A DNA stretch of 64,000 nt from Octopus vulgaris. Taxonomy: Eukaryota. Of the stretch, positions 45,385-58,935 are shown piece by piece (position 1 is the first letter of the stretch; every line of letters starts with the position of its first letter). Made by a program: the position numbers and the translations under genes. The stretch covers positions 19,034,001 to 19,098,000 of the forward strand of contig OX597842.1 in NCBI GenBank assembly GCA_951406725.2, written 5' to 3'. The notes below the pieces were generated by a model. That model was not told the origin of the DNA and searched no databases. It worked only from the letters and a program-made list of their open reading frames with translations.

Positions 45385-45492
45385 AGTCTCAGCTAGAACC
45401 TCAGACAGACAGTACTTTAAACAATATGCATGCAGGCCCAAGTAATGCTGACCTTTGTAATACATCTGGACTGTAGGGTATTTCTAAGGTTT
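45385..45492 (-). mobile_element. C-terminal fragment of an R4/Dong-like non-LTR element
   Basis: LQRSALLGPACILFKVLSV* resembles the QKxALLGTAxILRKVL terminus; short match only. Confidence 0.45.
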
Positions 45493-45799
45493 TCAGATGC
45501 CTTTTTTTTACAGATTGGGTGGTATTGAAGAAAGAATTACGAATGAGGTTTCTAGCCACAAACGCTAAATGTAATAGGAAACCCACTTACCAGGTCTGAT
45601 AGTAGTAGAAGATCCACCACTACTTGTATCAGTTCTGCTTTCACCACCTATAAGAACAAAATATTTGGATATATTGCCTTTTATAAAACTATAAGCAATT
45701 AAACAAATTTTAGCAACAAAATCCTAAATTGGCCCCCAATAGCCATTTCAACACTAGAAGCAAAGTACAGCTCTAGTGGACCCTCTGATTCTCTTTTAC

Positions 45800-46310
45800 T
45801 CTTTTCAGTCATTTGACTGTGGCCATGCTGGAGCACCGCTTTTAGTCGAGCTAATCGACCCCAGGACTTATTCTATTGGTCTCTTTTTGCTGAACCGCTA
45901 AGTTACGGGGACGTAAACACACCAGCATCGGTTGTTAAGCGATATCGGGGGGGACAAACATAGACACACAAACACACACACACATATATATATTTTATTA
46001 TTATATGTAGAAAAATACAAACTGGGGCAAGAACGCAAAACACTTAGAAGACGACACAAAAAACACGGACGGGACATTCGAAGCCTTCAATCTTCAGTCA
46101 AGAACTGGATCATCGTAGCAATTTTGGCTGATTTCGTGTATATATACGATGGGCTTCTTTTCAGTTTCCGTCTACCAAATCCACTCACAAGGCTTTGGTC
46201 AGCCTGAAGCTATAGTAGAAGATACTTGCCCAAGGTGCCACGCAGTGGGACTGAACCTGGAACCATGTGGTTGGTAACCAAGCTACTTTCCACACAGCCC
46301 CTCCTGCACC
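45800..46310 (-). mobile_element. SINE family 1 with a foreign ~140-bp insert in its internal microsatellite
   Basis: Family 1 sequence on both sides of ~45995-46137. Confidence 0.8.
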
Positions 46311-46460
46311 TTATAGTATAATAAAACTATAAGGAATTAATTAAACAGAAATTTTAGCAACAAAATCCTAAATTGACCCCCAGCAGCCATTTCAACACTA
46401 CAAGCAAAGTACAGCTCTAGTGGCCCCTCCGATTTGTATTTCTAGCTCTTTAACCTTCCT

Positions 46461-47125
46461 TAACCCTTTCGTTACTATATTTTGAGATGCTGTGTTTCTT
46501 TCAATTACTTTTAAATATGACAAAGAATTTAGTAAAATAACTTAGTTACCATTAAGCTAGTGTTAGGAACAGAAATTGTGACTAAGGTTTGGTGGAAGAT
46601 TTTAATTCAAAACTTATGAAAACAAGACATTTGTACTACAGGGTCAGAGGCGGTTTCAGCCAGGTTGGTATCAAAGGGTTAAGAATTGTTTCTCTATTAT
46701 ATATTTTAACCCTTTTCTTACTATATTTTGAGATGCTGTGTTTCTTTCAATTACTTTTAAATATGACAAAGAATTTAGTAAAATAACTTAGTTATCATTA
46801 AGCTAGTGTTAGGAACATAAATTGTGACTAAGGTTTGGTGGAAGATTTTAATTCAAAACTTATGAAAACAAGACATTTGTACTACAGGGTCAGAGGCGGT
46901 TTCAGCCAGGCTGGTATCAAAAGGGTTAAGAATTGTTTCTCTATTATATATTTTAACCCTTTTCTTACCATATTTCTGTCAAGATGCTCTGTGTTTCTTT
47001 CAATTACTTTAAATATAACGAAGAATTTAGTAAAATAACTTAGTTACCATTTAGCTAGTGTTAGGAACATAAATTGTGACTAAGGTTTGGTGGAAGATTT
47101 TAATTCAAAACTTATGAAAACAAGG
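46461..47125 (+). mobile_element. Tandem TTAA-flanked ~220-bp piggyBac-type MITEs (three copies; two more at 48795-49274)
   Basis: TTAACCCTTT..TTAC...GGTATCAAA(A)GGGTTAA units separated by the same ~23-bp spacer. Confidence 0.78.
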
Positions 47126-47237
47126 AAACCAGAGAGAATGAAGGCTGAGAAAGGTCAAGAGTGCGCATCATTATTAATATCAAGAACAATCTTACTTAGA
47201 AATGGATGCGTGCGTTCCTATGTTTTATTTATTAATC

Positions 47238-47296
<59 letters not shown>

Positions 47297-47429
47297 GATA
47301 GAGAGACTTAAATACACACACATTTATATGAGTGTCTAATTTAAAGGATTCAGGAAGGGTTTATTAACTTTCTTACCATTTCGGGAACCTTTGGTTTCAT
47401 CTGCATTTCGATGTATATCATATAAATAC

Positions 47430-47725
47430 TACTGGCACGTGAAAAAACATTTGAGCGAGGTCGTTGCCAGTGCCGCCGGACTGGCTCCTGTGCAGGTGGC
47501 ACATAAAAAGCACAATTTGAGCATGGTCGTTGCCAGTACTGCTTGAGTGACCCTCGTACCGGTGGCACGTAAAAGCACCCACTACACTCTCGGAGTGGTT
47601 GGCGTTAGGAAGGGCATCCAGGTGTAGAAATTCTGCCAGATCAGATTGGAGTCTGGTGCAGCCATCTGGTTCGCCAGACCTCAGTCAAATCATCCAAGCA
47701 GACATCAACCGATGATGATGATGAT
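47430..47725 (+). mobile_element. RTE 3' UTR-related fragment with (GAT)n tail
   Basis: ggttggcgttaggaagggcatccag..gatgatgatgatgat. Confidence 0.7.
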
Positions 47726-47930
47726 ATATATAGATATACTCACACACATATGTATACATATGTATACACAAATATATATATATATACACACACACACACA
47801 CGTATATATATATATATATATATATACTCACGCATATATATATACATATGTATACACAAATATATATATACATACACATATATATATACATATGTATACA
47901 CAAATATATATATACACACACACACACACG

Positions 47931-47977
<47 letters not shown>

Positions 47978-47984
47978 CACTACT

Positions 47985-48169
47985 GTTTTACTTGTTTCAG
48001 TCATTTGACTGCGGCCATGCTGGAGCACCGCCTTTAGTCAAGCAAATCAACCCCAGGACTTATTCTTTGTAAGACTAGAACTTATTCTATCTGTCTCTTT
48101 TGCCGAACTGCTAAGTGACGGGGATGCAACTACACCAGAATTGGGTGTCAAGCGATGTTGGGGGGACAA

Positions 48170-48202
<33 letters not shown>

Positions 48203-48495
48203 CATATATACGACGGGCTTCTTTCAGTTTCCATCTACCAAATCCACTCACAAGGCTTTGGTTGGCCTGAGGCTATAGTAGAAGTATATATGTATATGTA
48301 TGTATGTGTTTGTCCCCCTAGCATTGCTTGACAACCGATGCTGGTGTGTTTACATCCCTGTCACTTTGCGGTTCGGCAAAAGAGACCGATAGAATAAGTA
48401 CTGGGCTTACAAAGAATAAGTCCCGAGGTCGATTTGCTTGACTAAAGGCGGTGCTCCAGCATGGCCACAGTCAAATGACTGAAACATGTAAAAGA

Positions 48496-48497
<2 letters not shown>
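47985..48497. mobile_element. Two partial SINE family 1 copies in inverted orientation
   Basis: Minus copy 47985-48285, plus copy 48300-48497. Confidence 0.8.
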
Positions 48498-48543
<46 letters not shown>

Positions 48544-49571
48544 GTATATATACTTTGAAAATCCTGGTTGTCAGAACCCATTGATTCTTAAACGTTTTGA
48601 GACTGTCAAAATGATGATGATGATGATGATGATAGAAGCATTGTTGTAATACAATTGTAGCCATATTGGCTAAAACCAAATAAATAACACAACATATTTA
48701 TAAAAGCAAAAATGAAAAAAAAAACCACCAATGTTAGTGTAAATGATGTTTGAAACAATTATTTCGAGAAAAAAAATGTTAAAGAAAAAGGATTTAACCC
48801 TTTTGTTACCATATTTCTGTTGTGATACTCTGTGTTTCTTTCAATTAATTTTAAATATAACAAAGAATTTAGTAAAATAACTTAGTTATCATTAAGCTAG
48901 TGTTAGGAACATAAATTGTGACTAAGGTTTGGTTGAAGATTTTAATTCAAAACTTATGAAAACAAGACATTTGTACTACAGGGTCAGAGCCGGTTTCAGC
49001 CGGGTTGATATCAAAAGGGTTAAGAATTGTTTCTCTCTTATATATTTTAAGCCTTTTGTTCCCATATTCTGTGGAGATGCTCTGTGTTTCTTTCAATTAA
49101 TTTTAAATATAACAAAGAATTTAGTAAAATAACTTAGTTATCATTAAGCTAGTGTTAGGAACATAAATTGTGACTAAGGTTTGGTGGAAGATTTTAATTC
49201 AAAACTTATGAAAACCAGAAATTTGTACTCAGAGCCAGAGGCGGTTTCAGGCGGGTTAGTATCAAAAGGATTAAGAAAGAAAATAAAATAAAAAAACTTA
49301 CAGGAACTTAATACAAGAAAAGAAATGGATAACAATGTGAAGTTCATGATCTGAAAAAATATAAAAACAAAAATGAAATCTGATCTCCAGAGTATGACCG
49401 ATGTAATATACTATTGATATTTACTTTTACAAAGGTGGTGACCTGGGTAAATGGTCAGCTTGCAGGACAATATGCTTGGAGGTATTCTATCGATATTTAC
49501 ATTCTTGGTTCAAATTCTGCCAAGTTAAGTTAAGTTAATTTTTTGGCTCAAAAAGCAAAAAGCAAGGCCAT

Positions 49572-50140
49572 TTTTTCTTGGTTTTATTGAGAAAATTCTA
49601 TAGTTTGTAACATATTCCCACTTTAAAATCGAGCATTTTGGCAATTTTAACCAATCAAATACGTCCATTTGGAGTCAAAACAAACCGTGCTGTATGAATA
49701 TGTCCCTTGTTTAAGAAACAGATTGGGTTTATTTACATTTGCGAAGACAAAAAGATACCATTCTCCTAACCCTAAAATAGATTGAAATGCAATAGATCGA
49801 TACCAGGTCCATAATTATTGGTGACAATTTCATATGACACCGCTAGAAAAAAATCCCATTTTCCGTAGCGGTGTCATATGAAATTGTCACCAATAATTAT
49901 GGCCTTGGTATCGATCTATTGCATTTCAATCTATTTTAGGACTAGGGTTAGGGTATCTTTTTTTCTTCAGAAATGTAAATAAACCCAATCTGTTTCTTAA
50001 AGGAGGGACATATTCATACGGCACAGAATGCTTTGACTCCAAATGGACGTATTTGATTGGTTAAAATTGCCAAAATGCTTGATTTTATAGTGAAAATATC
50101 TTACAAACTATAGAATTTTCTCAATAAAACCAAGAAAAAA
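49572..50140. repeat. Large imperfect palindrome (~275-bp arms) of the TTAGGG-containing MITE family
   Basis: ccataattattggtgacaatttcatatgacaccgcta mirrored by tagcggtgtcatatgaaattgtcaccaataattatgg. Confidence 0.85.
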
Positions 50141-51694
50141 TTACGTTTTATTTTGACACATTCTACCAGTATACGAAGTTTCAAAGTTAACTAGAAATTG
50201 TCTGCCGTTCAAAAGGAAAAGACCCGCAAGCTTCTTATGACAGTCACACCCATTCCTATATAACATATTTTTGAAAACAAAAATGCAAAGAAAGCAGAAA
50301 AATTTAACATAAAGCATCAACCAAAAAGGATTTAAAAAAAAAAAGACAAAACTTAGGCACAGGAGTGGCTGTGTGGTAAGGAGCTTGCTTACGAGCCACA
50401 TGGTTACCGGTTCAGATTGGGTTTATTTACATTTCTGAAGAAAAGCAGATACCCTTCCCCCATCCCTAACCAACCCTAACCCTAAAACAGATTGAAATGC
50501 AATAGATCGATACTAGGGTCATAATTATGGGTGACAATTTCATATGACACCACTAGAAAAAACTGCCATTCAAACTGAAAAGATCCGGAAAGGGCATCTT
50601 TTTTTCTTCAGAAATGTAAATAAACCCAATCTGTTTCTTAAATGAGGGACATATTCATACGGTACAGACTGTTTTTTTTTACCTCAAAAGACGTCATTGA
50701 TTGGTTGAAATTGCAGAAATTGAAGAAAAAAAAACCCAACAAATATCTTACATACTATAGAATTTTCTCAATAAAGCCAAGAGAAAAAGATGTTTTATAA
50801 ACACATTCTACCAGTAATCGAAGTTTAAAAGTGTTTAGTCACATGGAAATTATTTTAAAAATCTGCCGTTCAAACAGAAAAGATCCGAATGTTTTCACCT
50901 CAATAGACGTCATTGATTGGTCGAAATTGCAGAAATTGAAGAAGAAAAAAAGCAAATATCTTACAAACCATAGAATTTTCTCAATAAAGCCAAGAGAAAA
51001 AGATGTTTTTTAAAAGACACATTCTACCAGTATATGCGAAGTTCAGAAGTGTTTAGTTAGAAAAAAAATTATTTTTTAAATCTGCCGGTCAAAGTGAAAA
51101 GATCCAATGTATGAAATATTATCCTGAAAATTGCATTCAAGGAACTGAAGCCTGTTTATTTGCATTGCTTTACTAACTCTTTTACTTGTTTCAGTCATTT
51201 TGACTGTGGCCATGCTGGAGCACCACCTTTAGTTGAGCAAATCGACCCCAGGACTTATTCTTTGTAAGCCTAGTACTTATTCTCTTTTGCCAAACCGCTA
51301 AGTTACGGGGACGTAAACACACCACCATCGGTTGTCAAGCGATGTTGGAGGGGCAAACACAGATACACAAACATATACACACACACATACATACATATAT
51401 AAAGTTCAGCAACAATTTAGATTCAAATGAATATGGTACTTAATTTAGATGCACCAGAATTTTGAATGGTGTTATCCATAAAAATCCTTGGGGTGATTAT
51501 AATGAAAATAAGCAACAAGAATGACTCCGGTAATTTGGTACAATTGTTTCACACTACAACATTTTATTGTAAGGTGTAAGTATTACAGCAGATTTAAGAT
51601 GCTGAGTTCTCTCTCTCTCTCTCATGGCTGCAGTCAAATAACTGAAACAAGTAAAAGAGTAAAAGAGAGAGTAATTTATGAGAAAATGGGTGGG

Positions 51695-51735
<41 letters not shown>

Positions 51736-51831
51736 ATAACAAAGGGTAAAATTAATTAATTAACAAGTAATCATTAATTTCACCAAGTAGAATTCGGCAT
51801 GAAAAAAGGACCATTTCACAGTAAACTTAAG

Positions 51832-51975
51832 TAATACTTAATAAATAGGGTTCAGCAAAGATTTGCTTTACCACATACCGAAGTTTAGAAATAGCTAACG
51901 TTTTTTGGCTGCTATTTCTAAACTTCGGTATGTGGTAAAGCAAATCTTTGCTGAACCCTAATTATTAAGTATTAT
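51832..51975. repeat. Fold-back, ~65-bp arms
   Basis: tagggttcagcaaagatttgctttaccacataccgaagtttagaaatagc and its reverse complement. Confidence 0.9.
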
Positions 51976-52059
51976 ATATATAGCCTCAGGTCGACCAAAG
52001 CCTTGTGAGTGGATTTGGTAGGCGGAAACTCAAAGAAGCCTGTCGTATATATGTGTGTG

Positions 52060-52117
<58 letters not shown>

Positions 52118-52859
52118 CACACATATATACGACAGGGTCCTTTGAGTTTCCACCTACCAAATCCACTCACAAGGCTTTGGTCGGCCCGAGGCTATAGAAG
52201 ACACTTGCCCAAGGTGCCACGTAGTGGGACTGAACCCGGAACCATGTGGTTGGTAAGCAAGCTACTTACCACACAGCCAGTCCTACACCTATAAACAAAT
52301 ACCAACCTTTTAAGCTATAGTTGCTATAAAAAAAAAGGTAAATCTTAATACTTTCACTAAGAAAAAAGAAACCCTGATCTTTTGTGTGAAATGAAGTACC
52401 CTGACCTTCTAATATACCGCGAACCCCTTACTTTTCTTCAGAAAAAAAAAAAAAAGGATTGGGCCCAGATCCGCTCCACCATCCCATCCCGGAATCATTG
52501 GAATCTTTTTTCGTTGAATGAAATACGGTGACCTCCTAATTTGAAAATGGGGGTGAACTCTCCAAGGGTTCCACCACACACCACCCAGCTTTCCGGACCA
52601 AAACATGGGTTTTGTGGAATTTTGTGGAATTCATTCAATGCAAAAGAAAAAAAAATCTTCCAATGATTCCAAGATGTGAATTTTTTTTCCCACTAGAGTT
52701 CTGGACCCCAGTTATGAATTCATTTGCATGCAGCCAATCAGAGCTCAACTATCTAATTTATGAAGGGTCTTTTAGGGGCTTTTTCTTATTTTTCAGCTAT
52801 TTTTGGAAATACTTCTGTCCCCCACCCATTTTCTCATAAATTACTCTCTCTTTTACTCT

Positions 52860-53245
52860 TTTACTTGTTTCAGTTATTTGACTGGCCATGCTGGAGCACC
52901 ACCTTTAATCGACCCTGGAACTTATTCTTTTGTAAGCCCAGTACTTATCCTATCGGTCTCTTTTGCCGAACCGCTAAGTGACGGGGACGTAAACACACCA
53001 GCATCGGTTATCAAGCAATGCTAGGGGGACAAACACAGACACACACGCACATATATATATAAATATATATATATAAATATATATATATACATATATACGA
53101 CGGGCTTCTTTCAGTTTCCGTCTACCAAATCCACTCACAAGGCTTTAGTCGGCCCGAGGCTATAGTAGAAGACACTTGCCCAAGGTGTCACGCAGTGGGA
53201 CTGAACCCGGAACCATGTGGTTGGTAAACAAGCTACTCCTGCGCC
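52860..53245 (-). mobile_element. SINE family 1 (further partial copies at 51180-51400 and 51980-52290)
   Basis: Family 1 sequence. Confidence 0.85.
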
Positions 53246-53940
53246 TATTTTTTTTTTTTGCCAAAAATGCAGCTTTTCGGATTTGGAGAATCCGGAAAAT
53301 TTCCCAAAATCGGAATTTTTACATCCCCCCCCCTTCCCCTCCAATTTCTACATTTTTCACTTTTTTCCGTAACCCGAACCCCAAAGCTAAAACCAGTTCA
53401 AACGCACCAACGATGTCATAAATGACAGTAACAAACGAAATATTCATCGCCGGAAGTTGTTGACAAAAAACAGCAGTAATTTTATTCAGCTGAATACACG
53501 ACATTGATTGGTTGAAATTAAAGAAATACAACTTAAATATGAAATAACTTGGTAATCAATAACCTTTCTCAACAATGCTAGGAGTAAAAGATGTTCTATA
53601 TGACACATTCTACCAGTGTCCTATGTTTTAAAGTGTTTAGCTAAAAAAAAAAATGGCGATCTTTCGTTTGTAGTAGCACGTTTCCGTCAATGATTTCCGT
53701 AAAAAAACTTTTATTTTTTTACATATGGGCTTGCAGGAACATTTGAAGTAATGAGAGCGAAAGAGACTAAGAGAAAGCGATTTTATGACGTTACCGTCCA
53801 GGGGAAGCATTGATGTACATGTGTGTGTGTGTGTGTTTGATGGGGTGTGGGAGACAGACAGTATGTTGTGTAAGTGAAGTGCTTCTGTTAGTGTGTGTGA
53901 AAAGACAGAGTAATGTGTGAAAGAAAGAGATAACTGAAAT

Positions 53941-54238
53941 TTTTTACTCGGTGTATGTGTATATGTATGTCTGCATATGTGTGTGTATGTATGTATGTGT
54001 GTGTGTATGTATGGCCGATTCAGTGTAATTATTTACTCGGTGTATGTGTATATGTATGTCTGAATGTATGTATGGCCGATTCAGTGTACACTGAATCGGC
54101 CATACATACATACACACACACACACACATACATTCAGGCATACATATACACATACACCGAGTAAAAAATTACACTGAATCGGCCATACATACATACATAC
54201 ACACACACACATACATATACACATACACCGAGTAAAAA
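53941..54238. repeat. Compound palindrome: two tandem microsatellite-cored units plus their mirror image
   Basis: ttactcggtgtatg-(TG/TATG)n-tatggccgattcagtgta twice, centre cagtgtacactg at 54082-54093, then the reverse complement twice. Confidence 0.9.
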
Positions 54239-54564
54239 TGATATGGTTTCTCACCAGTATGAATGCGATTGTGAGTAACCAAATGACTATTACGAGAGAA
54301 TGATTTACCACAGATTTCACAATGATAAGGTTTCTCACCAGTATGTGTACGTTTGTGATCAGTTAAGATATTGCTTACAGAGAATGATTTACCACAGATC
54401 TCACAATGATAAGGTTTCTCTCCCGTATGTGTACGTTTGTGTCTAGCAATGTCACCACTGTAAGAAAATGATTTTCCACAGATATTACAGTGATATGGCT
54501 TTTCCTCTTTATCAAGGTTTTCTGATACAGTTAAATCATTCATTTTGAGAGAATTACTTATCAT
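54239..54564 (-). pseudogene. C2H2 zinc-finger gene D, 3 fingers, truncated by the palindrome
   Basis: [33 protein letters not shown].. three fingers then PYHF runs into repeat; acceptor cttttcctatttcag at 54838. Confidence 0.75.
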
Positions 54565-56213
54565 ACACTTCACAATGATAAAGTGTTTTTCATTTCCATG
54601 AATACATTTCTGTTCACTTTTGTCACTTCATTCAGATAACAATTTAATGCAATGTTTCTTCCATACATTCCAGAGAAAGAAAAATATTTCGCTGTTCCTT
54701 GTTATAGACTGTATTTATATACAGAGGTAGACTTATTTATGAATGCTCCTAATAAATATGCAGTCTTTCTTTAGGTGAGGAGAATATCAAAGACACTTCT
54801 GAATGGAGAGATTTCCTTCACGTCAACATGTGATATTCTGAAATAGGAAAAGAAGCAGTAAGATAAAACTGGATAGTTGACCAACATAAGTAATTCAACA
54901 TTGCAGATTTTATATCACTACCATTGTCATGCATTTACTGTCCATGCTTGCATAAGTAGATTGAGTTGGAAGGTGTTAGAAGCTAATGGGAATGGAGCTA
55001 GCCAAAACGAAAATATAGTGGGCATAACATGACCAGAGTAGTGAGTTGATGCCATCCAGAATTTCGCAGAGCAAAGTTGCCACAAGTGAAATGGGCTGTT
55101 TATCAAGTGATCAGAGTTAATGATAAAGAAGCATTGTTACTCGTCTGCTGCCTTTCCGCTAACTAATTAAAACTCCAACTTCTCTTCATGGGCACTGAAC
55201 TTCCCTCTTGGATCCATATGCGCCCACCATGATGGGCTGAAGAATGACATAGCAGAACAGTGCTATGGTGTCACAACTAAAATAGCTTTCCTGACTTGCT
55301 ACAATATTAAATACTGGCAGAATCACTAAGATGCCGGATTAATTGCCTAACAGCATTTCGTTCGTAAATAGCTTTGTCAAACTAGAGATAAAAGCAATCA
55401 GGAATGGGAGTATGTCTGTGCATTGTTTATTTCTCTTCAATCAGGTACACACTGTGAGGGCGAGTACGATCGATCATTTGAGCATCCAGATGCCCCTCCC
55501 ACCTAACCAGGAGTCCCTTCTCTGAAGACCAGCTTGCTAGCTAGCCCACAGTGAAGGTCCCTCTTTACATTTCGCAGTTGGTGCCCCAAACGTCTCTACT
55601 TTCAAAGTATGACTTCCACTGAGGTCGACTTTCATCCTTTCGACGTAAATAAAATAAGCAGTAGAGCACTCGAGTCCCTGAAATTAACTCGTACCCTTCC
55701 TGCAAATTTTAGGTTTTATATTTAAAAAATACAAAAAGAAAAATCATTATTATTATTATTAACATTAATATTTCATACACCCCAAAAAGTAGAGTCGGCT
55801 CAAGGAGCAAAATCCTGACTCCAAATACATCTTACAATTTCATGAGTCCTTCATTAAAAAAGGGACAACGGTAATTATTCTCCTTCCTCTCGCAGGGGTT
55901 ACGACCACTCACGGAAATGGCGACACACGTCTTTGTGAGCAGGGAGGATCTCCTCAGTAGAATCAATAGCTGCAAACCCTCTGAACACCTCACAGGTTGT
56001 GTCCGGGTAGAATGGATATAATTCGCCTCTACCCATCTATAGACAGAGATTTTCTTGTGGGGTGCTTGTAAAGACAAGAACATTACATACGTTGGTGAGA
56101 CATCTAGAAGCATTGCAGGGGGATGAAAAAAATTTTAGAGGCAGCATGACCACATAACCAGTCCTCCATACTCTACCAAAAATACTACTCAAAAAGAATG
56201 GTCTCGGTGCGCG

Positions 56214-56524
56214 CACTCGTGCTAGTCCGTCGTGACTGGTCGATCCTAGCGCGAGTATGCAAATTAACAGATGCGCGCATAATAATATATGTATATAATG
56301 GCAGAATATATATCAAATAAAATGGGTTTTGTCTAAAACAAAGTAAATAAAAGACTCAACAAAAGAAATTACTTACTTTGTGTTTTATTTTCTTTGTTTA
56401 AAAAAAATTATTTGTTAAAAAAACCTCATACATGTCTAGTGAATGCGAGTGTGATTTTTAGTCACGCACTCGCGTTATGTAGTCTTTGTAAGATCGACTA
56501 GGCACGACTAGCTAGCACCGGGTA
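56214..56524. mobile_element. Possible MITE with ~30-bp imperfect TIRs
   Basis: gtgctagtccgtcgtgactggtcgatc ... gatcgactaggcacgactagctagcac. Confidence 0.45.
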
Positions 56525-56526
56525 TG

Positions 56527-56571
<45 letters not shown>

Positions 56572-57699
56572 CAGGATAAAATTTTTTTCTATAAAAAATT
56601 TATCAATGGCCAGCATATTAAAAAATACCTTTGAAGGTTAAATTTACAAACAATCCAGAAATAAGGGCAAACGAAAAAATTTCAAATGGTAATAATGGAA
56701 TTTTTTAGAAATTTCTGTCGACCTTTTTTCGACTAGCGTGCGTATTGTGAAAAAATTATATGGTTAATGGACAATACGTCCAATTTTTCGGCATATTTGG
56801 CATTAGAAATTTTATCGTTTGCCGTTATTTATGAATTGTTTACATGCATATATATAGTATATATATATATATGTATGTATGTATAAGCATAAATCCATAT
56901 ATATACATACGTGTCTATTCATGCAAGCTGCCGCATACAGACACATGCACAGCAACAAACAAAAAGAAACAGCTCCAATAATGGACAAGGTCAAGAACCA
57001 GTGAAGAGGTTGCAAGAATTAAGGAATATTTTAGAAATAAATAAATTAACTGTCCTCAAAAGTAACCCCCGAATCGTTTTCCCCCAAAATTCCTACCTTC
57101 TCGGAATCTATATCGTCCGAGGTATATTTGTAGAAAATTTCATTTAAAAATATAACATCTATTTTCTTGAAAGTTAAGAAGAATTGAAGTTGACGCCGCT
57201 GAATTTTCCGAAACTCCTCACACCAAAAGCACTTTCCTACAAAAGTTTTGTATATTCGGAATCTACATACTATAACAAATATTCATAGAATATTTAATTA
57301 AAGTTACGATCATCCAAAGTGGTGGGGCATGAATCTGTAGTTATGCCCGTTCTCCGTTCGTTTTTACTCGTTAATCACAACGTTTTCTTCTCATTTTACA
57401 AATAAATTTCCTCTATATCACATCTAACAGCCGATAATAGGTTTTCACAAACAACAAACCAACATTTCAGTTTGGAAGTTATTATTTAAGACGAGGAAAT
57501 ATATTTTCCTTAAGTTTTTATGTTTTCGCTTCGAAATAATTACTGTGACACCGAGAAGTTCACAGAATTCTATTAATTACATTGTTATTAGTAGTATTAT
57601 TATCATCATTGTCAACTTACCGTATTCAGACAAAAACTGCAAATCACAGACTGATCACTAATTAGTGTAATTAATAATAATGATGTCAATTTCAAAGCA

Positions 57700-57950
57700 C
57701 CTTGCACACACAGGAAGCCAGTAAGTGTATGACGTCATCAAGAGTGAAGGCGCGCCTTTTTGTGCCTCCTCCTCCCCATCGACGGCCGGAATTATTTCCC
57801 TTCATTTCATAGTATTTCTTCCTTCATCTCTGGCCCCGATTTGCTGTCTTACTTCAGATATCTTCTAAAGAGCAAGATGGGGTTGGAGAGGAAGACCCCT
57901 GCCACCGAATGAATACGAAAAACGATGGAAGGATGTGATGAGAAAGGTGG
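57700..57950. promoter_or_regulatory. Candidate bidirectional promoter between genes D and E
   Basis: GC/CpG-rich patch with TGACGTCA (~57730), GGCGCGCC, CCGGAA; GTAAGT donors point outward at ~57619 (-) and ~59480 (+). Confidence 0.45.
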
Positions 57951-58585
57951 GTGTCAGTAACCCAGCTTAATCATTGATTAAATCTTTATTATAATCATAC
58001 GATTGTACATAGATTTGGACATAACAAGACAAACAATTACAAAGAATGTTATGGGAGTTCGAATGAAACTTAAAAATTTAGTTATGATATGACATAAACG
58101 AAAACTTGGCTTACTTTTGCCTTTATAACGAGAACTTTAGTGCGTTTCTTTTTTGATAACATTAGAAAACATAACATATGTTAAAATGAAAAGGGGGGAG
58201 AAGTGCAGGCTCCGAATTTTGAACCCGGCAGCCTATAAGGCCCAGCAACTAATTTTTCCTTTCTTTGATGATTACTGAAAAGTCGACCTCGGCGGAATTC
58301 GAACTCAGAACGTAGTGGCAGACAAAATATCGCCAAGCATTTCGCCCGATTGAGTCGATTATATCGACCCCAGTGTTTCACTGGTACTTAATTCGAACTC
58401 AGAACGTCGCAGCAGACGAAATATCGCCAAGCATTTCGCCCGACGTGCTAACGTTTCTGCCAGCTCGCCGCCTTCTCAGCTTAATCATTGATGAAAGGAA
58501 AAGATCGTTGCTGGGCCCTTTAGGGTGCCGGGTTCGAACTTTTAATCTTTTTATTTGTTTTCGTTTTATTTTTTAAAAAGTTCTA

Positions 58586-58935
58586 GGCGCAGGAGTGGCT
58601 GTGTGGTAAGTAGCTTGCTAACCAACCACACGGTTGCGGGTTCAGTCCCACTGCGTGGCATCTTGGGCAAGTGTCTTCTGCTATAGCCCCGGGCCGACCA
58701 ATGCCTTGTGAGTGGATTTGGTAGACAGAAACTGGAAGAAGCCCATCGTATATATGTATATGTGTGTGTGTTTGTGTGTCTGTGTTTGTCCCCCTAGCAT
58801 TGCTTGACAACCGATGCTGGTGTGTTTACGTACCCGTCACTTAGCGGTTCGGCAAAAAGAGACCGATAGAATAAGTACTAAAAGGTGGTGCTCCAGCATG
58901 GCCACAGTCAGATGACTGAAACAAGTAAAAGAGAA
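58586..58935 (+). mobile_element. SINE family 1 (flanked by family 2 copies at 58280-58472 and 59070-59280, minus strand)
   Basis: Family consensus matches. Confidence 0.85.
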
